A stretch of 64,000 nucleotides of DNA from positions 14,782-78,781 of the IMG/VR virus record IMGVR_UViG_3300009509_000010. The stretch is one strand, 5' to 3'. Source of the DNA: a virus. Numbering within the stretch: position 1 is the stretch's first letter; each line of letters starts with the position of its first letter. Below the pieces are notes generated by a model. That model saw only the letters and a list, made by a program, of their open reading frames with translations, was not told the DNA's origin and ran no database searches. The position numbers and the translations under genes are program-made. Positions 55,379 to 63,758 of the stretch are shown in pieces.

Positions 55379-55585
55379 ATGGACGGTTATATCAAGTGGC
55401 GTACCCCTCGGGGACGTATTCACGTGACCCGGGAGGGTTTAACCGCCCTTTGCGGTGTCGAGATAGATCCACAATTCGATAGGCGCACCAATATCAAGCT
55501 AGGAGGCTGTAGGCGATGCTTTGCTATTGTGGAGGACAAAACCGGTGGAATACGTCGCGATCGATATCGAAACGACTGGCCTTGA
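55379..55585 (+). CDS. Small Cys/His hypothetical protein
   Basis: IHV..TALCG..CRRC, same pattern as 53510..53731. Confidence 0.5.
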   Translation: MDGYIKWRTPRGRIHVTREGLTALCGVEIDPQFDRRTNIKLGGCRRCFAIVEDKTGGIRRDRYRNDWP

Positions 55586-56129
55586 TCTGGAAAAAGACCA
55601 AGTTTTACAAGTGGCCTTAGTATACGAGGACACCAACAAGGCCGAGGCGTGGGAGGTCCAAGATCTTCCGTTTTTTGAAGCGTTGATTTACCACGAGCGG
55701 GTCGAGGGCCATCCGTTTGCCCTCAACATGAACCACGAAATTATCGAGGCTTTTGCGGATTTCGACGCAAGCGAGGCAACCGCCGAGTTGCGGGGCCGAA
55801 CGGTTCAAGTTTACGAGGACCTCGACAGTGTGTTGGACGATGCCATGATATGGCTTGCGAATTTACACGATTGTCATGGCCCCTACAACGCGGCGGGAAA
55901 AAACGCGGCGGGTTTCGACTTGCCTTTTCTTGGCCACCGGTGGCGCAAACTTTTTCACTACCGGGTGATCGATCCGGGATCGGTGGCCCTCGGGGGTCAA
56001 CCGTTTCGTTGGCAGCATAACCGCGTTGGAAGCCTAAAGGAGCTATACGATAACCATTGCCCCCATGATGCTTTGGCCGACGCTCGAGGCGTGGTCGAGA
56101 CCTTGCGCAAGGTTGGGGGTTACCTATGA
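55545..56129 (+). CDS. DEDDh 3'-5' exonuclease
   Basis: AIDIETTGLD, GKNAAGFDLPFL, HDALADA; GGAGG before GTG 55545. Confidence 0.85.
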   Translation: MEYVAIDIETTGLDLEKDQVLQVALVYEDTNKAEAWEVQDLPFFEALIYHERVEGHPFALNMNHEIIEAFADFDASEATAELRGRTVQVYEDLDSVLDDAMIWLANLHDCHGPYNAAGKNAAGFDLPFLGHRWRKLFHYRVIDPGSVALGGQPFRWQHNRVGSLKELYDNHCPHDALADARGVVETLRKVGGYL

Positions 56130-56767
56130 CCGCCAAGGGACGGGGCAAACGGCCCAAGATTCCAGGTGATCGGTATTATACGCCTGAGTGGGTCGTTGAT
56201 ATGTGTCTCGAAATGGTTTTGCCTGTAATTTGCTTGCGCAAACCAAAAACCATTTTGGAACCCTCGGCGGGGACGGGCCGGTTTGTTTCGGCTTTGCGCA
56301 ACCGGTACCCCGAGGCCCAGATCTTGGCCATTGACAACGACACGGGGGTGGGGCCGTGGTCTGAGGCCGACCATAGCTTGCATGCCGATTATCTGAAGTG
56401 GCCAAAACCTGATATTCGTTTCGATTTGACAATCGGCAATCCGCCTTTCACCTACACGGGCGAGTTTTGCGAGCACGCGTTGACCATGTCGAAAGCCGTG
56501 GTGTTTGTGGCCCGCTACGGGTTTTTGAGCTCCGCCAAGCGGGTTCCGTTTTGGCGCAAGTTGCGGCCGAGCCATATTTTTAACATGGCAAATCGCCCTA
56601 ACTATGACGTACCACCGGAATTCCAAGAGGTCTACGAGGACGCGGGTGGTGATTTTTGTGAGTATTGCTTTGTATGTTGGGCCAAACAAAACAACGAAGT
56701 GACACTATTTGAATGGTTGCCATCGATCCCGGTCGAGGTCCGCAAAGGTAAGCAGGCGGCCCAATGA
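56126..56767 (+). CDS. Orphan N6-adenine DNA methyltransferase-like
   Basis: DRYYTP, LEPSAGTG SAM motif, IGNPPF catalytic motif. Confidence 0.8.
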   Translation: MTAKGRGKRPKIPGDRYYTPEWVVDMCLEMVLPVICLRKPKTILEPSAGTGRFVSALRNRYPEAQILAIDNDTGVGPWSEADHSLHADYLKWPKPDIRFDLTIGNPPFTYTGEFCEHALTMSKAVVFVARYGFLSSAKRVPFWRKLRPSHIFNMANRPNYDVPPEFQEVYEDAGGDFCEYCFVCWAKQNNEVTLFEWLPSIPVEVRKGKQAAQ

Positions 56768-56943
56768 TTTGCAAACGGTGCGATCGGTATATGCGGTTGA
56801 TATCGGCGGTTGAGGTCGAGGGCGAGTTTGTTGACGTGTTCAACGAGGAGGGCGAGCTAACCGGTGAGGACTTCGCAGTTTCGACCACCAAAAACCGTGA
56901 TTTTTGGATCTGCGACGAATGCGGCGCGGAGTGGCCCGCATGA
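56764..56943 (+). CDS. Small Zn-ribbon protein (59 aa, below ORF-track cutoff)
   Basis: MICKRC...WICDECGAEW; ATGA overlaps at both ends. Confidence 0.6.
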   Translation: MICKRCDRYMRLISAVEVEGEFVDVFNEEGELTGEDFAVSTTKNRDFWICDECGAEWPA

Positions 56944-57317
56944 AACGAACGCCGAAAACCAAGCGCAAGGTCAAAGTTGACCGGGCGTGCCAATGCCACC
57001 CAACGCAAAAACCGACGTTCCCGATCATATCTCATTCGATCGCTTGCCCCGTGCGGCGGCGGTACACCGACAATGGCCGGATGATCGCCGAGCTAATGCA
57101 CTCGAAAAAGATCAAAGGCAGCCCAAAGGATTTTGTGATCATGATTGGCCGGCGGTTGATTGACTTTCATGGGACCTACGAGATCCGTGGGGTCGAGGGT
57201 GGCCAAGGGGTGCCTGGTGTTAGCCTGGTCCACAAACGAGAGCTCGATCGCATTGTGGGGGCAAAGGAGGCCGGGCGGTTTTGGCGCCGGGGGTGGGGGC
57301 GGATCCGTGCTGTTTAA
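56940..57317 (+). CDS. Basic hypothetical protein
   Basis: ATGA overlap; CQC..HSIACP. Confidence 0.5.
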   Translation: MKRTPKTKRKVKVDRACQCHPTQKPTFPIISHSIACPVRRRYTDNGRMIAELMHSKKIKGSPKDFVIMIGRRLIDFHGTYEIRGVEGGQGVPGVSLVHKRELDRIVGAKEAGRFWRRGWGRIRAV

Positions 57318-57699
57318 CCAAGACCTAAGATATATGACCGAGGCCGAGGCTCGGTTTTTTCAAGCCGGGCGCAAAACCGGCCGAATCTCGTTTTTCCGTT
57401 CGGGGCTTTGCGTCAAGTGCGGGGGCGAGGTGATCAAACAAAAACTTTATTGTTCCAAGAGGTGCTATATGGAAACGTGGGAAGCCAAAGCCGTGGCTGA
57501 AAAATTGGTTGGTTCCGAGGTGCAGCTCGAAACCAAGGCCGGGTCGATCCGTCAAGGTAGGCTCACCGGTATAACTTGGCATGAATTGAAAGTGAGCGGC
57601 CACGAGGTCAAATGGCCCAAAGGGGTGATCTTGAACGGTGATCGCAACGACGAGATCGATTGGGATCAACTCAATTGGATCAATTCCGACGTGATCTAG
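57307..57699 (+). CDS. Hypothetical protein (CxxC..YCSxxC Zn finger plus beta domain)
   Basis: CVKCG..YCSKRCY; start uncertain. Confidence 0.5.
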   Translation: MLFNQDLRYMTEAEARFFQAGRKTGRISFFRSGLCVKCGGEVIKQKLYCSKRCYMETWEAKAVAEKLVGSEVQLETKAGSIRQGRLTGITWHELKVSGHEVKWPKGVILNGDRNDEIDWDQLNWINSDVI

Positions 57700-57707
57700 G
57701 GGAAGCC

Positions 57708-57941
57708 ATGGGGGCGCCGCTTGTTTGGCAAACGGTCGAGACCGTTCAAGTTAACTCGATTTTGGTCGAGGTCAACAAGGCAATGGGCCGACGGGGCCCC
57801 CTCTATAGCTTCAGATTATATCGCCAAGACAAAGGCAAAAACTCAAACTATTGCCGTGCGCCTTATGACGCGGGCGACGCGGTGCAAGCGATTTTGACGG
57901 CCAACCAATGGGCCGACGATGATCGGAGGGCGCAAACATGA
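57708..57941 (+). CDS. Hypothetical protein
   Basis: ATG at 57708 after GGGGA. Confidence 0.5.
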   Translation: MGAPLVWQTVETVQVNSILVEVNKAMGRRGPLYSFRLYRQDKGKNSNYCRAPYDAGDAVQAILTANQWADDDRRAQT

Positions 57942-58201
57942 CAAGGATCGAGTTACTTGCGGCCGAGGTGGCAGCTCTGGCCAAGACGATTCAAAAATTC
58001 GAGGCTGCTTTGTTTGATGTCAAACAAACCTATTGGGCCAAGATACGTGATTTTTACCTAGAACAGAGCAAAGGGGTGGATATGGGGCCATTTGATGACG
58101 CTGTCTCGGAGGAGCTTTTAGAAAGGCTACGCAACGGGACCGCGACGGCTGAGGACGTGTTTCGGGTGGCCGAGGGGGCGGTGGTGCGGGATGACACCTA
58201 A
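57938..58201 (+). CDS. Hypothetical protein
   Basis: ATGA overlap, RBS GGAGG. Confidence 0.5.
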   Translation: MTRIELLAAEVAALAKTIQKFEAALFDVKQTYWAKIRDFYLEQSKGVDMGPFDDAVSEELLERLRNGTATAEDVFRVAEGAVVRDDT

Positions 58202-58655
58202 ACGCTTCGCCGAGCTCCAACGGCTCAATCGAGCGGTCCAAGAGGGGGACGAACGGGCCGACCTCGACGAGGCGATCGAGGTTTTGCTCGACGCGGTGCC
58301 CGAGCTCGTGGCCGAACTCGAGCGGTTTTTTGACCCGATGGCCCGGCCGGTGGTCGCAATCGAGAGTCCTTTCGGGGGGGCGGTCGAGGAAAACACCCGG
58401 TTTGCTCGATTGTGTCTGCTCGATTCGATTCACCGAGGGGAGGCCCCCTTTGCGGGCCACCTGCTCTATACTCAGGTTTTGGCTGACGCAAACCCCACCG
58501 AACGGGAGCTAGGGATCCGGTCCCATCTGGCCCATGTGCAACGCTCGCAAAGGGTGGCGGTTTATGAGGACCTCGGGGTCTCGATCGGTATGGATCGGGC
58601 GGTCGAGCTCGCCACCGAGCTCGGGATCCCGGTGGAGCATAGGCGGATCGCGTGA
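58191..58655 (+). CDS. Nucleoside 2-deoxyribosyltransferase-like (DUF4406-type) protein
   Basis: VAIESPFGG..N..FAR..GEAPFAGHLLYTQ..ERELG..VAVY.DLGVSIGM..A..LGIPV. Confidence 0.65.
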   Translation: MTPKRFAELQRLNRAVQEGDERADLDEAIEVLLDAVPELVAELERFFDPMARPVVAIESPFGGAVEENTRFARLCLLDSIHRGEAPFAGHLLYTQVLADANPTERELGIRSHLAHVQRSQRVAVYEDLGVSIGMDRAVELATELGIPVEHRRIA

Positions 58656-58987
58656 TCACGTTGCCCCTATTGCAAGCGGGTGTTGTTGACGCCAATGGCC
58701 ACGAGTTTACGGCCGAGGCGTTGCAACGGGTGGTTGACGATTGGCACAAAACCAAATCGGTGGCCACGGTGGCGCGGGACTTCACACCCAACCCGCGGTC
58801 GGTGGGGCGCGTGGTTGGGATGCATTTTGACGGGGCAACTTTGTGGGTGGAACTCGACCAGGATTGCCAAGCCCTAGTTGAGGCCGAGGGGTTGGAGGCC
58901 GCGGCGGGTGGATACTTTAAACCGGGCAATCCGATCGAGTTGTTTACGCTCGACCGGGTGGCTTTGGTAGACAACAAGGTGACTTGA
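58652..58987 (+). CDS. Hypothetical protein, faint prohead-protease-like pattern
   Basis: GVVDANGHEFTAEAL..VGRV..LDRVALVDN. Confidence 0.4.
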   Translation: MITLPLLQAGVVDANGHEFTAEALQRVVDDWHKTKSVATVARDFTPNPRSVGRVVGMHFDGATLWVELDQDCQALVEAEGLEAAAGGYFKPGNPIELFTLDRVALVDNKVT

Positions 58988-58988
58988 A

Positions 58989-59249
58989 ATGTGCCAAGAC
59001 GAAACGAGCAGGATTCGAGATCTGTTAAACGAGGTGACCGAGGCCCTTGAGGGCATGGTTTGGCAGCATTGCCAGATCGAACGCACCGAGGACGGGGCCG
59101 AGATCGATTCAATGGCCCTTTCTGCCAACGCTGAGGCAATCGAGCTTTTGATCCGACTTGGGCGGCTCCGCCGGGTAGGTGACCTAGCGGGACGCCGCGT
59201 TTTTGCTCGGAATCGTCAAACCGCACCGACCAAGACCGAGGAGGCCTAG
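58989..59249 (+). CDS. Hypothetical protein
   Basis: 86 aa ORF in coupled string. Confidence 0.5.
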   Translation: MCQDETSRIRDLLNEVTEALEGMVWQHCQIERTEDGAEIDSMALSANAEAIELLIRLGRLRRVGDLAGRRVFARNRQTAPTKTEEA

Positions 59250-59251
59250 CC

Positions 59252-59491
59252 ATGGGCAAACCGTTACCTAGCAACCGACGCCATTACTACGAGGTGACTT
59301 TGACCAATCCCACCACCCAAAAGGCCTATTTGGGTGTGGGGCCATCCGAGGGGGCGGCCCGAGCCCAAGCCCAAGTTTTGGCTATTCAGGAGGGTGGCGA
59401 GCACCCACCGGATTTGGTCGAGCTCGCGGTAAAATCGTTGGTGGGCCCACCGCCACAAACGTTTGTAGGGAATCCAAATTTACCAGATTGA
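59252..59491 (+). CDS. Hypothetical protein (possibly frameshifted with 59469..59819)
   Basis: RBS GAGGAGG; see findings. Confidence 0.45.
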   Translation: MGKPLPSNRRHYYEVTLTNPTTQKAYLGVGPSEGAARAQAQVLAIQEGGEHPPDLVELAVKSLVGPPPQTFVGNPNLPD

Positions 59492-59815
59492 CGAATACCG
59501 CGAGGTTTTTGTCACCGTTGACGGGGTGTTAATTGTGCGGTTTGTAGCCGAAAACGCCACCGTTTCAACTACGGGGACCACTTTTGTCAACGTCACCTTT
59601 CCGGACACCGCTTGGAGCTCCACCGAGATCACGATTTCCGAGCCATGCGAAACCGAGGAACGGCCCTCGATCCCACCTTGGCCGTTTCCTCCCTGGCCAC
59701 CGGCGGATCCGGTGTGTATTGAGGCCCACCGGTGCCCACCGTGGCGGGTGGGGTGTCGATTGGCCCCGGGGCGGCGGCGGAGCTCCACCGGGGTGCGCAA
59801 TTGGAGGCCGCGGCG

Positions 59816-60163
59816 GTGAGCTCGTGTTGTTGTGGCAATTGGTCCTTGGCCGTGCGGGCGGTCAAGGCGAGCCGGCGGGATATCAAACGAGCCCGCAAAG
59901 CCCACCGGTGTGTTGAGTGTGATCGGGTGATCCCCCGTGGGGCGCCCTACCGATACGAAACGGCTTTGATGGCTGGGAAGTGGTATCAATATCATACTTG
60001 TACGCTATGCGCTGCAATCCGGGATGACCGGTTTAGCTGCGGGTGGACGTGGGGCGAGCTCTGGGCCGACCTTTGCGCTTGCTACGAGGTGAGCCTCGAG
60101 GACGATTGGAGCGATTCGGGATGGCTCGAACCTCCAACCCACACAATTAAAGGGACATCATGA
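59816..60163 (+). CDS. Zn-finger phage protein
   Basis: RARKAHRCVECDRVIPRG..Y..HTCTLC; GGAGG before GTG 59816. Confidence 0.6.
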   Translation: MSSCCCGNWSLAVRAVKASRRDIKRARKAHRCVECDRVIPRGAPYRYETALMAGKWYQYHTCTLCAAIRDDRFSCGWTWGELWADLCACYEVSLEDDWSDSGWLEPPTHTIKGTS

Positions 60164-60402
60164 CAAAAGAAAAGCTGCGTGGGCCTAGGCTAATGAGTTT
60201 CGGCGAGGTGTTGACGATCCTACGCAATCGCCAAAGCCTGACAGTCAACGAGCTCGCCGAGCTCGTGGGATGGCCGGCGGTTCAGATCCGGGCGATTGAG
60301 GACGGAGCCATACTCGATTTGCCCACCAAGGCCGACGCACTAAAGCTTGCCAAGGCCCTCGACGTGGATCCAAAACTTCTAACCGTGGCGGTGCAAAAAT
60401 GA
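60160..60402 (+). CDS. XRE-family HTH regulator
   Basis: FGEVL..LRNRQSLTVNELAELVG..IRAIEDG..KLAKALDV. Confidence 0.8.
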   Translation: MTKEKLRGPRLMSFGEVLTILRNRQSLTVNELAELVGWPAVQIRAIEDGAILDLPTKADALKLAKALDVDPKLLTVAVQK

Positions 60403-60758
60403 CCACACCAGACGATGATATTTTACAATATTTCAAAAACGACCATTTGCCCGAGGACCTTCGCCGAATGTCGGAGGCGATCCGCGGGGTGGCGTTTTTT
60501 ATGGCGGCGAGTTTGCCTCCTAATCCAGAGCTACGCGAGGGACTCCGCCGGTTGCTCGAAGCTAAGGACTGTTTTGTTCGAGCACAGCTCACCGGGGCCG
60601 ATACCACGGTGGTGATCTCCAAGACCACTTTTGACCGATTGGAGGCGGCGGCCCAATGGCTTCATTGTCTCGAGGCGGCGGGGGTGGACAATTGGGAAGG
60701 GTGCGGGCATGCGGCGGAGATCCGCCAAGAACTCGAGGAGGCCAAACGCCGTGAATAA
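60399..60758 (+). CDS. Helical-hairpin protein, possible Acb2/Tad1-like, fused to LEAAGVDNWEG module
   Basis: ILQYFKNDHLP..LPPNPELREGLRRLLEAKDCFVRA. Confidence 0.45.
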   Translation: MTTPDDDILQYFKNDHLPEDLRRMSEAIRGVAFFMAASLPPNPELREGLRRLLEAKDCFVRAQLTGADTTVVISKTTFDRLEAAAQWLHCLEAAGVDNWEGCGHAAEIRQELEEAKRRE

Positions 60759-61449
60759 ATGCACTTGCAAAGTTTGTAAACACCAATGGGGGAGTGATTC
60801 ACCGGCGGCGTATTGGCGCCCGAACTGCGGGGTCCCGAGAGTGTTTCAACGACGGGTTTTTGTGGCCCTCGAAGGTATCGACGGGTGTGGTAAAGGGGTG
60901 CAATCGGAGCGGCTCGCCGAGGAGATCGGGGCGGTCCGGTTCAAGTTTCCCGACTATTCCACACCGATAGGGACAGCAATCGAACAACACCTCGATCGCA
61001 AATGGATGGCCATGGCCCAAGACCTCCAACCGTACGTCTTGGACAAAACCGACGCTCTTGTTTTTCAAGCCCTCCAAGCGGCCAACCGTCTCGAACGGGC
61101 CCAAGAGATAGCCAACACCTTGGCCGATGGCAAATCGGTGGTGGCCGACCGTTACACCGCAAGCGGTTTTGCCTACGGCGCGGCCGACGGTTTGGACCTC
61201 GACTATCTCAAGGGCATGCATTCGTTTTTACCTCAACCAACACATTGGATTTTGATCGATATTGATCCCGAGATCTCGGTGGAGCGGCGGCCCGAGCGGC
61301 GGGACCGCTACGAGAAAAACGCCAAGCTGATCGCCAAGGTGTGCCTGCTTTATCGCCAAATTTGGGTGGGCAACAAATGGCCGATTGTGGACGGCCGGGG
61401 CACGGTCGAGGACGTGGCCGACCAAATTCGTGATATCATATCGGAATGA
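60751..61449 (+). CDS. tmk: Thymidylate (dTMP) kinase
   Basis: FVALEGIDGCGKG P-loop, VVADRYTASG, PQP..LIDIDPE; GAGGAGG before GTG 60751. Confidence 0.85.
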   Translation: MNKCTCKVCKHQWGSDSPAAYWRPNCGVPRVFQRRVFVALEGIDGCGKGVQSERLAEEIGAVRFKFPDYSTPIGTAIEQHLDRKWMAMAQDLQPYVLDKTDALVFQALQAANRLERAQEIANTLADGKSVVADRYTASGFAYGAADGLDLDYLKGMHSFLPQPTHWILIDIDPEISVERRPERRDRYEKNAKLIAKVCLLYRQIWVGNKWPIVDGRGTVEDVADQIRDIISE

Positions 61450-62036
61450 CCGCAAAGCAATGGTGGATCGTCTTTTGGCTGCGGGCGGCCTACATGTTTC
61501 GGCTTCGGTGGCCCTTCATTTGGTTGCAACGGTGGGCAAAGGGTGAGCTCAAGGCCAAACGCAAGCCGGTTATGACCTTCGAGACTCCAAACCAACTTGC
61601 GACTTATGCCATGGCCCGTTTCAAATACCGCAAGGACCAGGGGCGGATCGGTGGGTGGGTGTTTGCCCTCGATTGGGTCACCGACCCCCAAGTTTTCCAA
61701 GCAAGGCTCGAGGACACCAATTCCACCGAGCGGGACGGTGATTGCGACGATTACCATTTTTGGGCGGCCACCGCGTTGAAAAAAATCGACGGGGTGCGGC
61801 GGATTTATCTTTTGTCAACTGGGTACAAAGGCGGCGGCCATGCCACCGTGGTGTATGAATACCGCGGGGCGTGGTATCACCTGGATTATCGGATTTACTC
61901 GATCTCAAACCCGAACCGAGCCCCCAAGCAAGTGGCAGGGAAATATTCGAACGGTGAGGTCCTTTTTTGGGTTTTTGAGAGCGTCGATCCACCGTGGCGG
62001 CCGGTGGCAATTTTTCCCGATAGACTTGAGGTGTGA
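61446..62036 (+). CDS. Transglutaminase-like cysteine protease
   Basis: GDCDDY, GHATVV, WYHLD Cys-His-Asp triad pattern. Confidence 0.72.
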   Translation: MTAKQWWIVFWLRAAYMFRLRWPFIWLQRWAKGELKAKRKPVMTFETPNQLATYAMARFKYRKDQGRIGGWVFALDWVTDPQVFQARLEDTNSTERDGDCDDYHFWAATALKKIDGVRRIYLLSTGYKGGGHATVVYEYRGAWYHLDYRIYSISNPNRAPKQVAGKYSNGEVLFWVFESVDPPWRPVAIFPDRLEV

Positions 62037-62096
62037 TCTTCGTATAAATTTTTAAGGTGGCCGCTTTTAATTTCGTTTCCCCCCCGATCAGGCCAC

Positions 62097-62116
62097 CGGC
62101 CCCCGCAAGGGGGCCG
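62097..62116. terminator. GC-rich GCAA-tetraloop hairpin between convergent genes
   Basis: cggccccc-gcaa-gggggccg perfect 8-bp stem; no adjacent U tract. Confidence 0.55.
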
Positions 62117-62123
62117 ACTCGAT

Positions 62124-62369
62124 TTAGGCGGCCCGATAATCGTCGAGTTGGATCCCTAGGCGGTTCATTCGTTTGTAAAGCCCACCGCGGTTGACACCGA
62201 GATCCATGGCGGCGGCCCTCAGGTTGCCATCGTGGTTTTTGATGGCAGCTTGGATCATGCGCCGCTCGAGAGCTTCGAGGGATTCGATCAAGCGGCCCTT
62301 TTCGGCGGGGCGGGCGCCTTGGTGGTTCGGCGAATTGTGCCAGTTGCTCTTTTTCCGGTTGGTAGCCAT
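62124..62369 (-). CDS. Standalone Fis-type HTH (HTH_8) protein
   Basis: LEALERRMIQAAIKNHDGNLRAAAMDLGVNRGGLYKRMNRLGI, like the C-terminal DNA-binding domain of sigma54 activators. Confidence 0.82.
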   Translation of the reverse strand: MATNRKKSNWHNSPNHQGARPAEKGRLIESLEALERRMIQAAIKNHDGNLRAAAMDLGVNRGGLYKRMNRLGIQLDDYRAA

Positions 62370-62456
62370 GTGGATCTCCTTGTGTCCTCAATAGGATCAT
62401 GCCCGTTTTGTGGGCAATAGGTTTCGCGTTTGATTTTCAAGGTTTATAATAGATGT

Positions 62457-62660
62457 ATGGTTGTATGTATCAATCACACCCTCGATCAGAGCTCCAAGGT
62501 TCCACCGGCGGCCTTGGTGCTTTGGGACTTCGATCGGTATCTCGCCGAGCGGCTCGAGCGGGGCGGCCTCACCGAGGCCGAGGCCCAAGAGCTCGAGCGG
62601 GCTCGCGAGCGACTCCACCGGTTGGTCAACGACCTTCACAGGGAGGAGATCGCGGCGTGA
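62457..62660 (+). CDS. Small hypothetical protein, probably leaderless
   Basis: TATAAT at 62445-62450 with ATG 7 nt downstream. Confidence 0.5.
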   Translation: MVVCINHTLDQSSKVPPAALVLWDFDRYLAERLERGGLTEAEAQELERARERLHRLVNDLHREEIAA

Positions 62661-62829
62661 CCGATCGCCGAGGGGGGACTTGGCACGGGTGGGGCCGTGG
62701 GTGGTGGGGTGCGTTTTGTTTTCAATGATTGACATGGTGCAACCCGTGCGGTTTGTGTTCCTGTTCATATTGTAACCATGTGCACAAAATAGACAACCAC
62801 AAACTTTAGTTTTTGATAACACCCCAAAT

Positions 62830-62858
62830 TTGCGGCGGTTTCCTCGGTCTGCTAGGCT
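62830..62858 (+). promoter_or_regulatory. Possible sigma70 promoter for MTase (leaderless)
   Basis: TTGCGG (62830-35), 17 nt, TAGGCT (62853-58), GTG at 62866. Confidence 0.45.
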
Positions 62859-62865
62859 CCGAGCC

Positions 62866-63705
62866 GTGCCCGATCGTGTTGGGGATTGCCTACTTTACCA
62901 CGCCAATTGTTTCGACGTGTTGCCACTGATCCCGGCGGGGTCGGTGGACCTGGTTTTGGCCGATCCACCCTACGGGGTGACCCAATGCCGTTGGGATTCG
63001 GTTTTGGACCTCGAGCGGCTTTGGCCCGAGCTCTGGCGGATCACCAAACCACGGGCGGCGGTGGTTATGACCGCATGCCAACCGTTTAGCGGCCAATTGG
63101 TGCAATCACAACCTAAGCAATACCGCCACGAATGGATCTGGGCCAAAAACCGCGGCTCGAATATCGGGGGGCTCAGGTTCGGGCCCATGAGGGAACACGA
63201 GGAGGTGATCGTGTTTGGCCGCAAGGCGGTGACCTACAAGCCGATCAAGGAGCCACGTCGAGGCGGGGGTGATACTTGCATTGGCCGGGCCCAAAACCAC
63301 AAGCGGGTGACCTCCGAGGTAATGAAGCTGCGACGGCGACACAAGGATCCCCCGCTCGAGCGGCTCCGCCACCCGAGCACGGTCCAAAGGTTCGTTTGCG
63401 AGGTAGGGTTACACCCTACGCAAAAACCCGTAGGCCTCATGGAATACATGATCCGGACCTACACCGAGGGGCCGGGGGCCGTGGTGTTGGATTTTTGCAT
63501 GGGCTCGGGGACCACGGGGATCGCCGCAATCAATACCGAGCGGGTGTTTATCGGGGTGGAGCTCGATTCCACCCACTTCGAAACGGCCCGCCGGCGGATC
63601 TCCGATCATTTGGCTAAGCCACTATCACAACGCGTAAAACCCGCGCCAAAGCGGCGGAAGCGCAAGCGCAAAGGCCCTCCGACCGATCAGCTCGGTTTGT
63701 TTTAG
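62866..63705 (+). CDS. Orphan DNA methyltransferase, beta class (N4-C/N6-A)
   Basis: DLVLADPPY, LHPTQKP, VLDFCMGSGTTG. Confidence 0.92.
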   Translation: MPDRVGDCLLYHANCFDVLPLIPAGSVDLVLADPPYGVTQCRWDSVLDLERLWPELWRITKPRAAVVMTACQPFSGQLVQSQPKQYRHEWIWAKNRGSNIGGLRFGPMREHEEVIVFGRKAVTYKPIKEPRRGGGDTCIGRAQNHKRVTSEVMKLRRRHKDPPLERLRHPSTVQRFVCEVGLHPTQKPVGLMEYMIRTYTEGPGAVVLDFCMGSGTTGIAAINTERVFIGVELDSTHFETARRRISDHLAKPLSQRVKPAPKRRKRKRKGPPTDQLGLF

Positions 63706-63758
63706 TTGTCACAGATCGACAAGGGTGTTATTGGCGGGCCGTGGTTTAGGCTACCGCT

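Noticed and set aside
62037-62064. tcttcgtataa resembles a XerC/loxP half-site (dif-like)
   Set aside because: No matching XerD arm or inverted partner at 6-8 bp spacing
63706-63722. ttgtc-n7-gacaa as a third copy of the TGT-N10-ACA dyad
   Set aside because: Spacing is N9 and the core differs
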